64,000 nt of DNA, taken from Reclinomonas americana ATCC 50394 (Eukaryota). The position numbers were made by a program, and so were the translations under genes. Positions 12,801 through 25,456 of this stretch are shown here, piece by piece (positions within the stretch are counted from its first letter, which is position 1; each line of letters starts with the position of its first letter). Location of the stretch: positions 219,787 to 283,786 of the forward strand of contig PS015014.1 in the NCBI GenBank assembly GCA_048213135.1, written 5' to 3'. The notes beneath the pieces were generated by a model. That model was not told the origin of the DNA and ran no database searches. It saw only the letters and a list, made by a program, of their open reading frames with translations.

Positions 12801-13996
12801 TGACCTGCCACGCCAGTCAGTCCACCGGGGCTCTCAATTTTTCTCTCTCACACACACGCACCAAGGACTGCAGGAGTTGGGTACCGCTCAGCCTTGTGTG
12901 TGTGATGGCCGGGGCAACAAGCGCCTGCGATGCCTCGATATCCAGGGACGAGAGAATGTAGATGTGAGCGCCACCTGCGTGCACGTTGTCAGCGTTAGCG
13001 GGCAAGCGATCCCCGAGCATGAGGCACACATACCATTGAAATTTGCAGTGGTGGCAGCACAGTAGTCGGAGTGCACGACACTGTTGTTGAAGAGTGCGCC
13101 TGACATGTCGAGGGACACCGACGAGCCACCGAAACCCTGGCTGAACAAGAACAGCGCACCTGCGAAACACGAACCACATTAGCAAACAAGGAACAAATTT
13201 CTCCTTTGCCACAAAAATACAAAAAAACCAATACTCACCGCCTGTGCAGCCAATGAGACGCAGCGCGGAGGCGAGTGTGAGCATGAAGAGTGAGCGTGAT
13301 GATGCATGACAAAGGGGAGAGGGGGGACAACTGCCGCACCGTTGGCATTGACTGCAAGCGAGGCTCCAGTGACATCGGTGGTGTGCGACTGCACGGTGAT
13401 GTTGTTGGACTGCATGCTAATGGTCGAGTTGTTGGTCGACAGCGATACAATGTAGATGGCAGAGCCTGCACAATATCCACCCAACGCAGTGAGCACCCTT
13501 TTTTCGGCGATACCCGCGGTAAAAGGCGACAGACCTCCATTGGCTGCCAGCTGCGTTGCATTATAGTTGTGCGCTCGCAGACCATTGTTGACGAATGCGC
13601 AATTGTCAACAGTTGCCGTCATTTGCGACTGTGGGCTCTCGCCGTACACCAGGACCGCACCTCCTCCAGCCAGAATGTTCGCCGAGCTCCCGTCAAACTG
13701 GCTGTAATTGTTCTCGAACGTTGAAGACGTAACATTGAGAAACATGGATTGCGAGATGGGCGAGTTGCACTTGGAGAAGATGCCAGCGCCGCCGCTCTGC
13801 AGACGCTCTCCAGGGTCAGAAACACGTGCACCGTACGCGACGGTGGACGAATGAGTGACGCACCACGACAGCGTGGACACTCTGACCGCCGGGCGCATAC
13901 ATGATGTTCTGATTAAAGATAGAATTGGCCACGGTGGTGCGCACCTCGGCTGCCGCAGATGCCTGTAGATTACATGTCCATGAGTGAGAAAGAAAG

Positions 13997-14036
<40 letters not shown>

Positions 14037-17000
14037 TGAATCACTAGCAAGTTGCGCACCGTGACAGTGGAGGCCAGCGCAAAAAATGAACCTCCACAGT
14101 TGACCACACGCGCCGCTTGCGTATTGACGGCGTGGAAACTGCACATCGTATCGCGTTGCAGTTTGGATGAGCGGGCGGCCCGTTGCACGTACAACACCAA
14201 ACGCAACCCTCCTCACAAACCTGTTGCCGCTAAAAGTCGACTGCAGTGCCGTGGCTGAGGTGAGAGCCATGCCGGTGCCGCTACCGAGTGACACCAGCGC
14301 AGCTGTGCCACCAACGAGGACGTCGTTGGCCACCGCCACGTTGCCGGTGCCTTGAGTGAGTGTGTTGTCGGCGATGATACTGTTGTTGACAAACTGACTC
14401 GACTGAATCGTGGTCGACAGCTGTGACGTACGCGCGGTAAGATCCCTCCCAGTGCGCGTGTCCACATCATGCATGCACCGGCGGCGTACAACTCACCGTC
14501 GCAGAGCCACGAAGCGACACAGCAGCGCCAAACACTGCACTGCCGAGCTCAAAATTCAAGTACACGCCAGTTGTGTTGGATGCCAGCAGTTGCGCGCCAA
14601 CAAAGTGTGAGTTGGTCACCGTGACGGTCACATTCGATGTGGTCGCGTTGAACGATCCCTGGCTGTTGTCGGCCGTGTTGGCCACGGACAGGAACCCTCC
14701 ACTGCGCACCAAACAAATGAGACGGATTGTGGCGCAACCGCATTGCGCCCCACGCTCTATGCACGCAACCCGGCAATCAGCAGGAACGAGTTTGAGCCGC
14801 TGAGATTGATGGCAGCGTCCTCGAACACCGAGTCCGACACGCGGTACTGCATCGTGCCAGAGGGCTGGATGTTGGAGCCGAAACTGAACGTCAGGAAGCT
14901 CACGACACCTGCGCGTGCAGTGCGTTGATCTTGAGCATGCGAGCCAAACAATGCACTGCACCGACATCGTGCGCGCACCTCCAGCAGTCATATACGCGCT
15001 CTGCACATTTTGCGCCGACATGGAGGTATTTGTAAACGTGCAGCCTTCAATTAGGCCCCCCAGGTTTGAGGCCGTGGCAACCGTGTAGCTACCAGCAAAT
15101 AGCGCGCCACCTGTCGAGGCAAAAAGATTGAGCGTGTATAACGCATGTGACAGTTGGAGTCAACGCAACCTCCCAGGGCCGAGGCGAAGATCGTCGAAGC
15201 ACCATCCATGACAGCCGACGAGTTAGTGAATGTACTGTTTGCAAACGCGTGCAGGAGAGTCACTGGAGAGGCCGTACTCGACACCATGCCCATGTAAATG
15301 TCACCACCGCCTACGAGCAGAATACTGGGGAACGACGATGTGGGTGGAGCCGAGGCGCTGTGGAGGGGGTCGAGTAAGGGAAAGTCCACCAAAAGGTGGT
15401 CGGCGAACGAGAGTGACGAGCGCACCTCGGATTCACTGACGTGAGACTGCAGAGGAGGCAATTTACGTCGCTTAAGCAAAACGATGGTTGCGCAGTGCAG
15501 CACACAGCCAGCTGGCGACGCAACGAGTTGCCGACAAATGTGCACTGGCTGGCCGTCAGCGTCGACGCGAGGCCCAACGTTCCGGCGTACACAGCGCCTC
15601 CACCCGTGAGCAACTGCGAGTTTCAATGTCAACGAAATGTGAGAGGCCACAAGCAAGTCGCTTCTGTGCCGCACCAGATACTGCGCCACGGCGTTTGATG
15701 TCTGTGCACTATTGTGGGAAAAAGTAGAGGACTGCAGCTGGACGGTGAGGGCAATTGACGAGAGTGATGAGGCCGAGACACTCGGCAGCGCGAGCGCGGC
15801 AAATTGCGCAGCAGCGCCCCCTGCACGTAATAATGTCAACACACACACACGCACACACAAGGCGAAGGCGAGGAAAGGAAAAGGCAGGAAGGTGTCATGT
15901 ACACACCGGCGTACATGAACTGATTCGAGTTGACACCGGTGGCAGTCAGGGAGTTGCCGGTAAACGTGCAGTTGTTCATCGTGACCTTCATCGCAGACGC
16001 CGGGTCGGCGGCGAACGAGATCACGATACCCAACAGCGCGCCACCTGCAGCGGTGTCAGATGTCCGCCGAGAGTAGATGAACATACACACGCACACACTC
16101 ACCAATCACGTGCCCGACTTGCGCGTTGCCATTGTTGTAAACCACGGTGTCGCTGGTGAATGTGGAGTTTGTGGCGTCCATGGTGAGGCCGACCAGTTGC
16201 GGAAGTTGAAAAGTCTGTGCATATGCGCAGACAGAAGCTACCATCACCCAAACGCGCGCGCACACACACACAATGTGGTGAGGAGGGCCTTTGCGGTAGT
16301 GAACATAAACACAGACACAGAGGCACACGAACCACCGCCGACAATGCCGACGACGGCCGACACTGGCGACGTGACTTGGATCGAGTTGATGGAGAACTGG
16401 CTCCGAAACACAGACACAAACGAGCGCATTGCGTGCGGCTCAGCCGCCGTCCACAGATACATGGCGCCGCCCACCGAGAACGCTTGCTGGGCCGACTGGA
16501 GACGAAGAGCAGTCACCACCTGTGTGTTATTTGAGACTCGGCAGTCGTTGATGGCCAAGAAGGCAATCTGCGGGCCGTTGACACCAAACGATCCTGCGGT
16601 CAATTTCATATCCCCCCCAGTTTGAGCAGACGAACCAGGCTCACAGAGGATGAAGACATTGGTGGGATCGAACGCACCCGCAGTCTTGGCCAGCACGCCG
16701 GCTCCACCAATCACGAATTCCTGTACAGTGGTAGACTGCATCGCGGTGTGGTTTCGCAGCAGCAAGGAGTTGGACTGGAAGACGACATTGTCGAGTTCCA
16801 CGGCGGCAAACTCTGCATTCCCCCCAATCAAGCTGGCAAACAGGCCGGCACCACCAAAGACTTGCCAGGGAGCCACGACACTGATGGCCGACAAGAGATT
16901 GTTGACGAACGAGCCTCGCACCATTGTCACAAAGGTGGCGTTGACCACTCGCAGTGCACCACCTCCCACCTCCGCAGAGGCCGACAGTGAGCCGGCAGCC

Positions 17001-17907
17001 GGCGGAACAATGAGCGCATTGTTGGTGAAATCACAGTCGGTGATCTCCAGCGCCGTGACGGCAACTGACGCGGCCGCGCCGCCAAGAGCCGTGGGCCGCA
17101 CCGCAGTGGCCAGTGTCAGCGAGTTGCTGTTGAACGTGGTGAGGTTGAAGGCGACAATGCCCGGCGGCCACACAATGTCGAGAGCGCCTGTGCATGGTGG
17201 CGCAGGTCAACCAGTCATCGTCACCAACAGAAAACAACAGCAAATAGAGTCACGAACCTGCCGCATTCCCACTAAAAGTACACAGCTCCACGAGGACAGA
17301 CGACGCATTGGTGGCCGCCGACGAAGCCGACACAACCAGGCCCGCCTGCAGCGACTGGAACGCGAGACCACGCAGCACCACACTCGAGTCGGCCACAATC
17401 GTCGGCGCCACTCCCGTAACCACTGGTCTCTGCATGGGATCCACGGAGGGCGACGCGCTCACCAACGTCACATTCTGCGCCTGCAGCGTCACCGCCGTCG
17501 TCAGCGCATACGTCCCGGCGGCCGTCGTAAACGTAATCTGCACGCCCCATCATCAGCCAATCAATCAATGCGTTGCATTCACACACTTGCACAAGCATGC
17601 ACACCTCAATGACGCTCGGCGACCCCTGCGAACACGCCTGCAGCGCGCTGATGGCCTCTGCGGAGTTGCTCACAGACTGAATGCAAGGCGGACCCGTCAT
17701 TGCGGTCGTCCGAAACCCGTGCAACTCTCGCCGCGCTGCGGAGAGCGATAGTGGTGGTGGTGGTCGCGGAGGTGGTGGAGAAGATGCAGAGGGTGACAGC
17801 AAAGACGAGGAGGTGGCCGCAGCTGCGGAGCATATCGATGCAGTCGCCACCATCATCATCATCATCATCGCCATCATTGTCGCCAGAAGCAGCCATGATA
17901 GCGGCAT
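3866..17907 (-). CDS. Giant surface protein: signal peptide, many GGA(I/L/V)/FxxN beta-helix (Pmp/pectin-lyase-like) repeats, Cys-rich stalk, multi-pass (about 7 TM) C-terminal domain; dozens of introns
   Basis: N-terminus MPLSWLLLATMMAMMMMMMVATAS. Recurrent FxxN...GGAxY motifs from ~17100 to 7300. Cys-rich segments (CAAGFGFD..C..C, CPFNFC, SVLCGQCVAGY) at 6000-6600. Hydrophobic helices and LYFWEAV/LPYRRYIDNVLE motifs at 4100-5850. Stop TAA at 3866. Confidence 0.8.
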
Positions 17908-18087
17908 GTGTCTGACTACCATCTGTGCACTGCCGCACACACACTGTCTGCCGCTCTTCTCCGAATGTGTTGTTCTCGCGCGTGATGAGTCATGTGTCAT
18001 TATGGTCCATCGATCATCGTTCTGCGTTTCGTGTGTCTGTGTGTGGCCTCTGTGAGTCTGTGTGCGTGTGTGTCTGTCTGTCTCGTC

Positions 18088-19491
18088 ATGGAGACACTGT
18101 CAGGCTTGGCGTCGTCCTCGTCCAAGCTCATGACGCTGAAGGTTCGCCCGCGAAGAAGTGTCTGAAAACCGACGCGCGTTGTGTCGGTTGTGAACACACT
18201 CTCGCACACTCGCGCGCGCGCTCTCTCTCTCTCTCGCAACACGCACTCTCTATCACTTCCCCTCTCTTACTCATGTGAGCGCGCCTCACGTTTTCCAATC
18301 TCACGCTGATGGTTTGTCCGATCTCATTGCCCCCACACAGAGTGATGAGCTGGATCGCCTGCAACGAGAGAACGCCGAACTGCGACAGCAGCTGAGCTTC
18401 AAAGAGCGCAGTGTGACCGCCATTCGCACAAGTCTCTTGCAGGAAGTGGTGCGTATAGCGCACTCACTCACTCACTTTGATGGTAGATCACTCATTCTCT
18501 CCGCTGCAGGTGCAGCTGCGTGAGCACATCCGCAAGCTGAGTGCGGCCGCTGCGTCGGCGGCGACCATGGGAGGCAGTCGCGGAGGAGCTCGTGCCAGCA
18601 CACCGCCTCTTCCGTCGAGCATGTCATCGCCACCGCCATCAGCGGTCGACAGTGAAGTGCACAGTGTATTTGACTGGCTAGGTGCGCGCTGCTGCTGTGC
18701 GTGCGAGAGTGCGTGTCTGTGATGGTTGAAGCGTGCGGCGTGTGCGCAGCGTTTGCGGAAGAGGCCGCACGGCGATCGTTTGAGGCCGGTCTTGGTGTGG
18801 CGGTAGATGCGGCCGACATGGTGGACGAGTCGCATGCGGCTGCGCTGGCGGCACTGGTGGGCGATGTGGAGCCGGTGGCGGTGCTGGAGGGCACGGAGAT
18901 TGCGGATGTGTCGATGCTGGAGCGCATTCGGCGGTCGCCGCTGCGTGAGCCGGCGGTGTTGCGGGCGCGCTACGAGCAACTGTTGCAGCTGAAGCACGCC
19001 GAGGTGGAGGCGCTGCAGGCGTCGCTCACGGTGGCACTGGATGCCGCCGATCGCCTGCGCGCGGGGGACAAGCGCTCCTTTGCGCACGATGAGGGTGGGT
19101 CTTGTGTACGCACAGTTGTCACTCGGCTTTCTCAACTGACGTGATGGGCGATCAGAGACGACGCAGGCGATGCGAGCGCGCAGTGCACTGCTCGGCGACG
19201 AGACTGACAAGACTCCGTTCGCCAGCCGACAGGAGCGCGATGTTCTGCGCCTCCTTCACCGTGCGGAGCACATGATGTCGGCGTTGACAGACGCGGCGCA
19301 GGGTGAGCTGGCAAGTATCGAGGCCGAGGAGATGCTCGCGTCGCAGGCGCGTGAACGCGAAATCGGTCGTGTGCGTGTGCTACAAGAGGAGAACACTCGT
19401 CTGAAGGAGCGAGTGCGCGCCCTGGAAACGGTATGGTGGTAATCATCTGTCCTGCCTGCCTGCCTGTCATTTCTTTCGTGTGTGTCTGCAC
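18088..19491 (+). CDS. Coiled-coil protein, N-terminal part (runs into gap); start codon uncertain
   Basis: Exons ELDRLQRENAELRQQL..., LRARYEQLLQLKHAEVEALQ, VRVLQEENTRLKERVRALET, followed by donor GTATGG before the gap. Confidence 0.6.
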
Positions 19492-20173
19492 NNNNNNNNN
19501 NNNNNNNNNNNNNNNNNNNNNNNNNNNNNNNNNNNNNNNNNNNNNNNNNNNNNNNNNNNNNNNNNNNNNNNNNNNNNNNNNNNNNNNNNNNNNNNNNNNN
19601 NNNNNNNNNNNNNNNNNNNNNNNNNNNNNNNNNNNNNNNNNNNNNNNNNNNNNNNNNNNNNNNNNNNNNNNNNNNNNNNNNNNNNNNNNNNNNNNNNNNN
19701 NNNNNNNNNNNNNNNNNNNNNNNNNNNNNNNNNNNNNNNNNNNNNNNNNNNNNNNNNNNNNNNNNNNNNNNNNNNNNNNNNNNNNNNNNNNNNNNNNNNN
19801 NNNNNNNNNNNNNNNNNNNNNNNNNNNNNNNNNNNNNNNNNNNNNNNNNNNNNNNNNNNNNNNNNNNNNNNNNNNNNNNNNNNNNNNNNNNNNNNNNNNN
19901 NNNNNNNNNNNNNNNNNNNNNNNNNNNNNNNNNNNNNNNNNNNNNNNNNNNNNNNNNNNNNNNNNNNNNNNNNNNNNNNNNNNNNNNNNNNNNNNNNNNN
20001 NNNNNNNNNNNNNNNNNNNNNNNNNNNNNNNNNNNNNNNNNNNNNNNNNNNNNNNNNNNNNNNNNNNNNNNNNNNNNNNNNNNNNNNNNNNNNNNNNNNN
20101 NNNNNNNNNNNNNNNNNNNNNNNNNNNNNNNNNNNNNNNNNNNNNNNNNNNNNNNNNNNNNNNNNNNNNNNNN

Positions 20174-21606
20174 TTCCTCCGCCCCGACTTCACCGTCACT
20201 TGCCTCGCCACCGTCACTATCTTCATCCGCGTCGCCGTCTGGCTCGTCCACATCCGATACAATGGACATGACCACGGCGTGAGTGCGCTGCACATCACAA
20301 GAGTGTGAAAGAGAGAACGACACTCGAGCCGGCACGGAGCACACTGACCACACGCGATGGAGACGAAATCTCACTCCACGGAATGGGAGCGGCGGGTGGA
20401 TCCGCAGGCGGCGAGGCCTCCTCCTGAGCAGCAACAACAGTCAGAGACGTTTTGCAACAGATTTCCCTCCCCCACATGTGTTGCCGCACCGGTGGTGTCT
20501 CTGCTACTGGCGGAACCTACACGCGAATTCCACAGTCAGAGTGAGCCAGAGCTGCAATTCAGGTCCTCTTCAAAAACACGCACGATTTGCGGCGCCTCCT
20601 TCTGGCGCGGCTGGCGTTCCGGCGACGCCGATGCATCCGTCTTGCTCGGCTTGTCGTCAGCCACCGTGACACTGCGACGTTGCTGATGTCGGGTGGCGGC
20701 TTCAGCGGCCGCAGTCGCTGCAGCCGCCGCAGCAACAGCCTCCGCCTGTCGCTGCTCGAGGTCAGCGAGCTGTTGTTGGAGTGTGCGAATCTGTAGGTCC
20801 TGTCGCTTCAGCTTCTCCTTCAGAACCCGCGTCCAGCGCCGCTGTTGTGCCGCACGCGGATCTTCGTTGTCCCTGGCCACCATGCTACCCAGTACTCCTG
20901 CCTCAACTGCTCGCAAAATGTCCTCGAGATCCATCGACGCCATGCTGCTGCCGCTCCGCGCACTCAACGGGAACTCGTCGAGTGCGCGGGCAGTCACTCC
21001 TCGCTCAGTGGCCGGGGCGCTGCCGGCTGGGGCGATCTTGGTGGTCGGCAGCGTGACGATGGTGGGCGGAGTGTACGGCGCACTCGGGCCACCAGCACTG
21101 TTCGATCTTGCAGTCGAATGCGGACGCGGCCGAGGCGGAAGGGCCTCGGTCATTGCGTCCCTTTCAGCGGCGGCAGCAGCGGCAGCAGCAGCAGCAGTTG
21201 CGGCCGCCGTCTCTGCGGCAGCGATTGCTTCAGCTGCTGCGGTTGCGGCAGTGGTGGCGGCGTCCTCTGCCACTGCCAGCTGCTCACGGAGTGCCCGCTG
21301 TTCCCGATATGCCTCCGCAGTCACGTCGGCCAGCTTCTCCTCCAGTGTGCGACACGTGACCGCGCTGTCGTCGGCGAGGCGACGAGCTTCGTCGAGTTGT
21401 CCCTTGTACTCCGCCTCCAGCTGCTGCACCGCTCGCTTCCGGTCGGCCTCGTTGGCACGAATGGCGTCGGCTAGCTTTTGCTCGGCGGCCAACAGCGCTG
21501 CTGAGTGTCTCGACTCGTCCGCCAACACACGCTGCATGGGGGCGATTGGTGCCGTGTAACAGGCGCAATACAGGCAGAGGGTGCGTGGTGTGACAATGAA
21601 GAGGCA
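20174..21606 (-). CDS. Coiled-coil/low-complexity exons on a gap-bounded contig; probably the mis-oriented middle of the flanking + strand gene
   Basis: Acceptor ...CCCCCATGCAG|RVLADESRHSAALLAAEQKL...; no clear start codon or terminal exon within the contig. Confidence 0.55.
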
Positions 21607-21626
21607 NNNNNNNNNNNNNNNNNNNN

Positions 21627-22751
21627 CCACCACCACCTGTGCGTCACGCGGTCTCGCCCAGTACGAACTCTATTCTCGAACCGTGGCGAGCCGAGACACC
21701 AACTGCTGCAGAACCGGCTGTCACATCGCCACCAGCACCATTACCGCCTCGCAACTTGTTGATGAATGCAGTGGTGCGTGAGCAGGAGCCGCAGAGCCAG
21801 CAGCGCCGACGGCACTTGCACATGAGCGAGTACTCGAAGCAGCGATCGCCCGAGGCGGCGTATCAGGGCCCACTTCGGCCAAACCTGCGCTGGGTTCCAC
21901 CGCACGATCGCCATCGCGATGTGCTCGGGGAGTCACTGGATCTCTTGCATGTGTCCGCGGCGCTGACGACTGCGGCAGTCGCCGCCAGCGAGTTGGCCTC
22001 CTCACCATTGTCGTCGTCGCCAGAGGCGCTTCGTGGCTCACTTGTCCGCCGGCGCGGATCGCTGAACGAGGTGTGTGTGTATGTCTGTGTGGCTGCTATG
22101 AAAACATAGGTGGCTGATATCGCACAGGGCCGGCTGCCCGAGAGCCCACCCAATCTTGTATCGCCGAGCAGCCTGAATGACTTGCAAGTTCCTGCCAATG
22201 TGCGCAGCATGTCGTGGCGCAAGACGCCGCCGCCGAATCGCGCAGGCACGGCCGGTCGATCTGGCACGGCGGCGGCCTTGGAGAGCACAGCACGTGCCAG
22301 TCCGCAACCCAAGTCGCGCCCTTCGCCGTTGCGATCGGCTGACTTTTCACCGGTCACTGGCCTTCCGACGAGTCCGTTTGCCGACACGGAAGAGAGGCAT
22401 CTCATTCCGTTAGCACTCAGTCGCGATCCCAGTCCACCGCGCACTGCCGCCCCTGCCGGGGCGACAGCGGATGCCGCGCCGCCAGTCAATGCTGCACTGG
22501 TAGCTGCGGCGGCCGAGGACATGTTGGCATCATCGAGAAGCACATTGTGTGGCTTTGGTGGTGGTCCAGTGTCGCAGCAGGCAGTGGACTCACCAACGGC
22601 CGCAGCCGAGGTTGCTGGTGTTCCAGTTGCGTACTCGTGCACCTTCTTCCCCACTCGCGCGTGTGTGTTAATTTGCGTGTTGCAGAGCCCTGCGTATTCC
22701 CGCCCTCCCAGCACTCCTTCGCGACATGCCGTGCAGTTGCCTCCAATATGA
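21627..22751 (+). CDS. Ser/Pro-rich C-terminal part of a protein, likely the same coiled-coil gene
   Basis: Open from the gap (PPPPVRHAVSPS...), two GT-AG introns, ends HAVQLPPI-TGA. Confidence 0.55.
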
Positions 22752-22871
22752 GGCGCGCATCACACATGCAGCACTGAGTCAGTCATCAAATGTAGTTTTG
22801 CACAGTAGTGAAATGGTTCTTCAGTTTGTTCATTCTCTCTTTTCAATGTTTTCAATGTTTGTCGTCGTATC

Positions 22872-25425
22872 TCACGTGGAGCGCGACGGCATGGGCGTGG
22901 GCGGCATCGTCATCGGTCGCGCGGCGGCGTTGGACGGTGACGTGACAGCGGCCTTCTTAGTCGCCTTGCCTCGACGGCGTGGCGAGCGGGTGCCGGAGCG
23001 CGGTGACTGCGGTGGCGACGCGTAAGCACCCTCGTGATCAGCCAGGTTCGGGCACGTCAGCGGAGCTGCGCCGTGATCGGCATACTCGGCCGCCGAAGCC
23101 ACCTCGGGAGCAGCAGCAGCAGCTGTGGGCGACAACGGCTGCTTCCGGCGGCGAGTGATCTTGCGCACGAGTCGCGTCTGCACCGGTTGCTGGGTCGACG
23201 CTCCACTACCACCAAAGTCGGTGGTGCTCACAGCACGCGGGGCAGTCTCCATCTGGTCCGCCGGCGCAGACCGGAAGTGGTTCATCGGCAGCGTCATGGC
23301 TGCACCGCCGACAGAAAAGGCATCGGCCATCGACGAATACTGGTCGCTCAAAGACGACACATCAATCAAGGCGTCGTCCTCCTCCTGCGGCGAATGCGGA
23401 TACAACATCGAGGCCGCGGGCTGCTCAGCTCCAGCCAATGCGGCGAGTGCCGGCAGCTCCTCGGTAGATTTGGCGATCGTCGGTGGCGGCGGAAGCAAGT
23501 CGGCCGCCGACGACAACGTGGTCTCAAAGTGACGCGGACGAAGCGGAACAACTCCGAGACCGTACGGCGTTGGCATCGTCAACGGCGCAGCAGTCATCGG
23601 CACAGGGCGTCCTCTGACAGGCGGCATGGTGGCCGGTCGCGTTTCCAGCTCGCGCACGCGTCCTTGCAGCTCCGTGAGCGATGCAGTGACGGTCTCGGTC
23701 ATTGACCGATCGGCCGCTGCCGCCTGAAGAGCAAGCACCAAGGCGCGACGTGCTTCCTCCAGCTCAGCTCGCAGACGAATCGATTCGTCCGACTGCTGCT
23801 CCATTTGGAATCTGCGATGGTTGACGCTGTTGCGTGAGCGGCGAGAAACGCAGCACGCTAATTTTCTAAACACTCCCGTACCGTTGAGAGGGCGACGGTG
23901 GCAACTCTGAGGCCGCCTCCGCAGCTTCGTCTGTCTCCAACGGCGGCGGAAGCGGCGACGTCGACGACGAATGCATGACTGCTGCGTTAACAGTCGGCAT
24001 AATGGTCATCAGTGGCGAGAGCGCGGCATCGCGGCTGGTGGCGGCAGGTGCGCTGTTTGTGGCAATACGTCAGCATGCGAAATCAAGGACTAGAAGCTAC
24101 GCATTGCAAGCAAGTACCTCAGCATGGCCTCGTCGTCGAACCTGACCGGCGACGAACCGGCTTCACAACGCATGGTTGGTGGAGCAGAGAGCCGTGCGCT
24201 CAGCGAGCCCGCCGACGACGAGCGTGCCACCGGAGCAAACGACGACATGGACGCCGGAGCACTCTCGGCCACAATGGCGCGCGGTGTCACGGGGCTGACG
24301 CTGACCGACACCTCAGTGTGCGCCGTCGACGACGACGCCACAGGCGCGAAGTGTTCTGCGGCCACCGGGGGAGAGACGGCGACAGGCAGCGGACTGGCAG
24401 TGCCATCATCCGCCTGCATTGCTGGAGACGGTGCAAAGGAGGCAAACGAGACAGTGCTCTCGCAGCCCAGACGCTGACTGCCACGAGCCGCCTCCATCAG
24501 CGACGCTGCATTCATCAACAACAGCTGCGCCTGCGCTTCCAGCTGAAGAGCACGTTCGCTCAGCTGACGAGCCTGTGGAGTATTGTCACGTGAGCATGCA
24601 TCACAGAATCACGGGGCGACAAGAGGGGCGGGAACAAACCAGTGAAGCAGAGACCTGTTGCGTCGGAGGCGCGTCATACTCGGCTGTCGCCGAGCGCATG
24701 GACTGCGACGGTGACGCGGCGGAGGGCGAGCGCATCGACTCGGGTGCCGGGGCGTACTGCAGCGCAGAAGGAGCAGGTGACGGTGCCACCATGGAGCGCA
24801 TCGACTGCGGAGCCGGTGACTGCGACATGGAATGCGACGGCGACGCGGCGGANNNNNNNNNNNNNNNNNNNNNNNNNNNNNNNNNNNNNNNNNNNNNNNN
24901 NNNNNNNNNNNNNNNNNNNNNNNNNNNNNNNNNNNNNNNNNNNNNNNNNNNNNNNNNNNNNNNNNNNNNNNNNNNNNNNNNNNNNNNNNNNNNNNNNNNN
25001 NNNNNNNNNNNNNNNNNNNNNNNNNNNNNNNNNNNNNNNNNNNNNNNNNNNNNNNNNNNNNNNNNNNNNNNNNNNNNNNNNNNNNNNNNNNNNNNNNNNN
25101 NNNNNNNNNNNNNNNNNNNNNNNNNNNNNNNNNNNNNNNNNNNNNNNNNNNNNNNNNNNNNNNNNNNNNNNNNNNNNNNNNNNNNNNNNNNNNNNNNNNN
25201 NNNNNNNNNNNNNNNNNNNNNNNNNNNNNNNNNNNNNNNNNNNNNNNNNNNNNNNNNNNNNNNNNNNNNNNNNNNNNNNNNNNNNNNNNNNNNNNNNNNN
25301 NNNNNNNNNNNNNNNNNNNNNNNNNNNNNNNNNNNNNNNNNNNNNNNNNNNNNNNNNNNNNNNNNNNNNNNNNNNNNNNNNNNNNNNNNNNNNNNNNNNN
25401 NNNNNNNNNNNNNNNNNNNNNNNNN

Positions 25426-25456
<31 letters not shown>

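Noticed and set aside
16650-17612. Long + strand ORFs antisense to real genes (also 20693-21559 and 32209-33788)
   Set aside because: Expected shadow ORFs in GC-rich coding DNA; no recognisable motifs.
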